NCBI GenBank assembly: GCA_000934665.2
Contig: KZ538067.1
Location: 123,482-143,481 of the forward strand
DNA: 20,000 nt
Reading direction: 5' to 3'
From: Catajapyx aquilonaris
Lineage: Eukaryota
The position numbers were made by a program, and so were the translations under genes. The notes beneath the pieces were generated by a model that worked only from the letters and a program-made list of their open reading frames with translations, was not told where the DNA came from and did no database searches. The first letter of the stretch is position 1; every line of letters begins with the position of its first letter. Shown piece after piece: positions 19,022-20,000 of the stretch.

Positions 19022-20000
19022 TTAACACTGAAGTAAGCAAATTCAGTGTAGCTAGGCCATTCCCCCTTCTACCCTTGCACTGGAATAATGCTTACAATAG
19101 TGTCACACCAGGGCTACATTGGCCAATAAACAAATAGACCTATGCACGTGATGAATTCCAAAGAACGAGGTCGATTTGAAAAGTCTTGCCTACTACACTG
19201 TAATTCATGTACCAACTATGACCTGATTCCAAGCTAGTACACGTGGCCTTAACCCGTACATAGTTAGGACACAACTGGTACAGAGCCTCGTGTCCTAACT
19301 GTAGTCAGTATACATATGGCCCACACTTCCAGATGGTATGGAGATGGTATATCCTCCTGAGACCCAAGAAGAATTGAGTAACGCAATGTCGGTTCCTATT
19401 GCATTTTCTGTACATTCTCCCAATAAGAAACAAGAAAAAAATTTTACTTCTAAAATATTGACAAAAATAATGACAAACAACCAATGAGAACATTAGGATG
19501 CAATTGCTGCTACAAAAGCAGAACGCATGAAAGCTGAAAATTTAAATGCCACTTAATGGATCACTATAACATGGTGCTCTATCCTCCAACCAATGCTTTT
19601 TAAATTCATTTGTGGAATTCGTGGTAGAAATTCGTCTCAGAAGACAATTAAAGATAAACTGCAATTATTTCTGAATGCCAAGCATGGGGCTTGCTTCCCT
19701 TATTCTCACTTCCTAGCATGGTCCCTCGCTATTCTAGATTTTAATACTGAACTGTAGTGCAAAGCACACTTCCTTGTGGGTGTATAGGTACAAGCACTTA
19801 AAGAAAAGTCACAGCCCATTCAGCTAAAAAAAAAACTTTTTTTTGGATGTCCATTTAAATGGACATTTGGTCTCAAGAATAAAAGGAAATTACCAGTTCT
19901 CTACAGGCTGGTTCCATTTCAATCCAGACGGTGGGTGCCCAGTCATGGTCTTCGATTTTTTTTAAAAAAATATATGTGAAACCCACATCCAATTGAACCC

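Noticed and set aside
19904..20000. Left end of another TA-cagg(c)tg element
   Set aside because: It runs off the window, so no partner TIR can confirm it.

Overview
Eukaryotic genomic DNA, most likely from an arthropod (inferred from protein style and repeat content). It holds two spliced housekeeping genes in tandem on the minus strand. The first is the 5' part of UTP20 (SSU processome component 20): coding exons 1-9 from ATG at 12613 down to 932, about 1002 aa, with consistent GT-AG sites and phases; the gene continues off the left edge. The second is the last two coding exons and 3' UTR of an MGAT4A/B-like GlcNAc-transferase IV (17611-17165, 15950-15921). Introns and intergenic DNA are packed with non-autonomous transposons: TA-flanked Tc1/mariner/pogo-type MITEs, and hAT, piggyBac-like, PIF/Harbinger and foldback elements, several of them nested or chained. 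There are also tRNA-derived SINEs and RTE-like 5' fragments. I found no convincing new protein-coding system. The most informative signals are transposon archaeology: excision footprints demonstrable by comparing palindrome arms, a three-element MITE chain, SINE families sharing one 3' tail, CpG-decay marks, and a stop-free in-frame first intron in UTP20.
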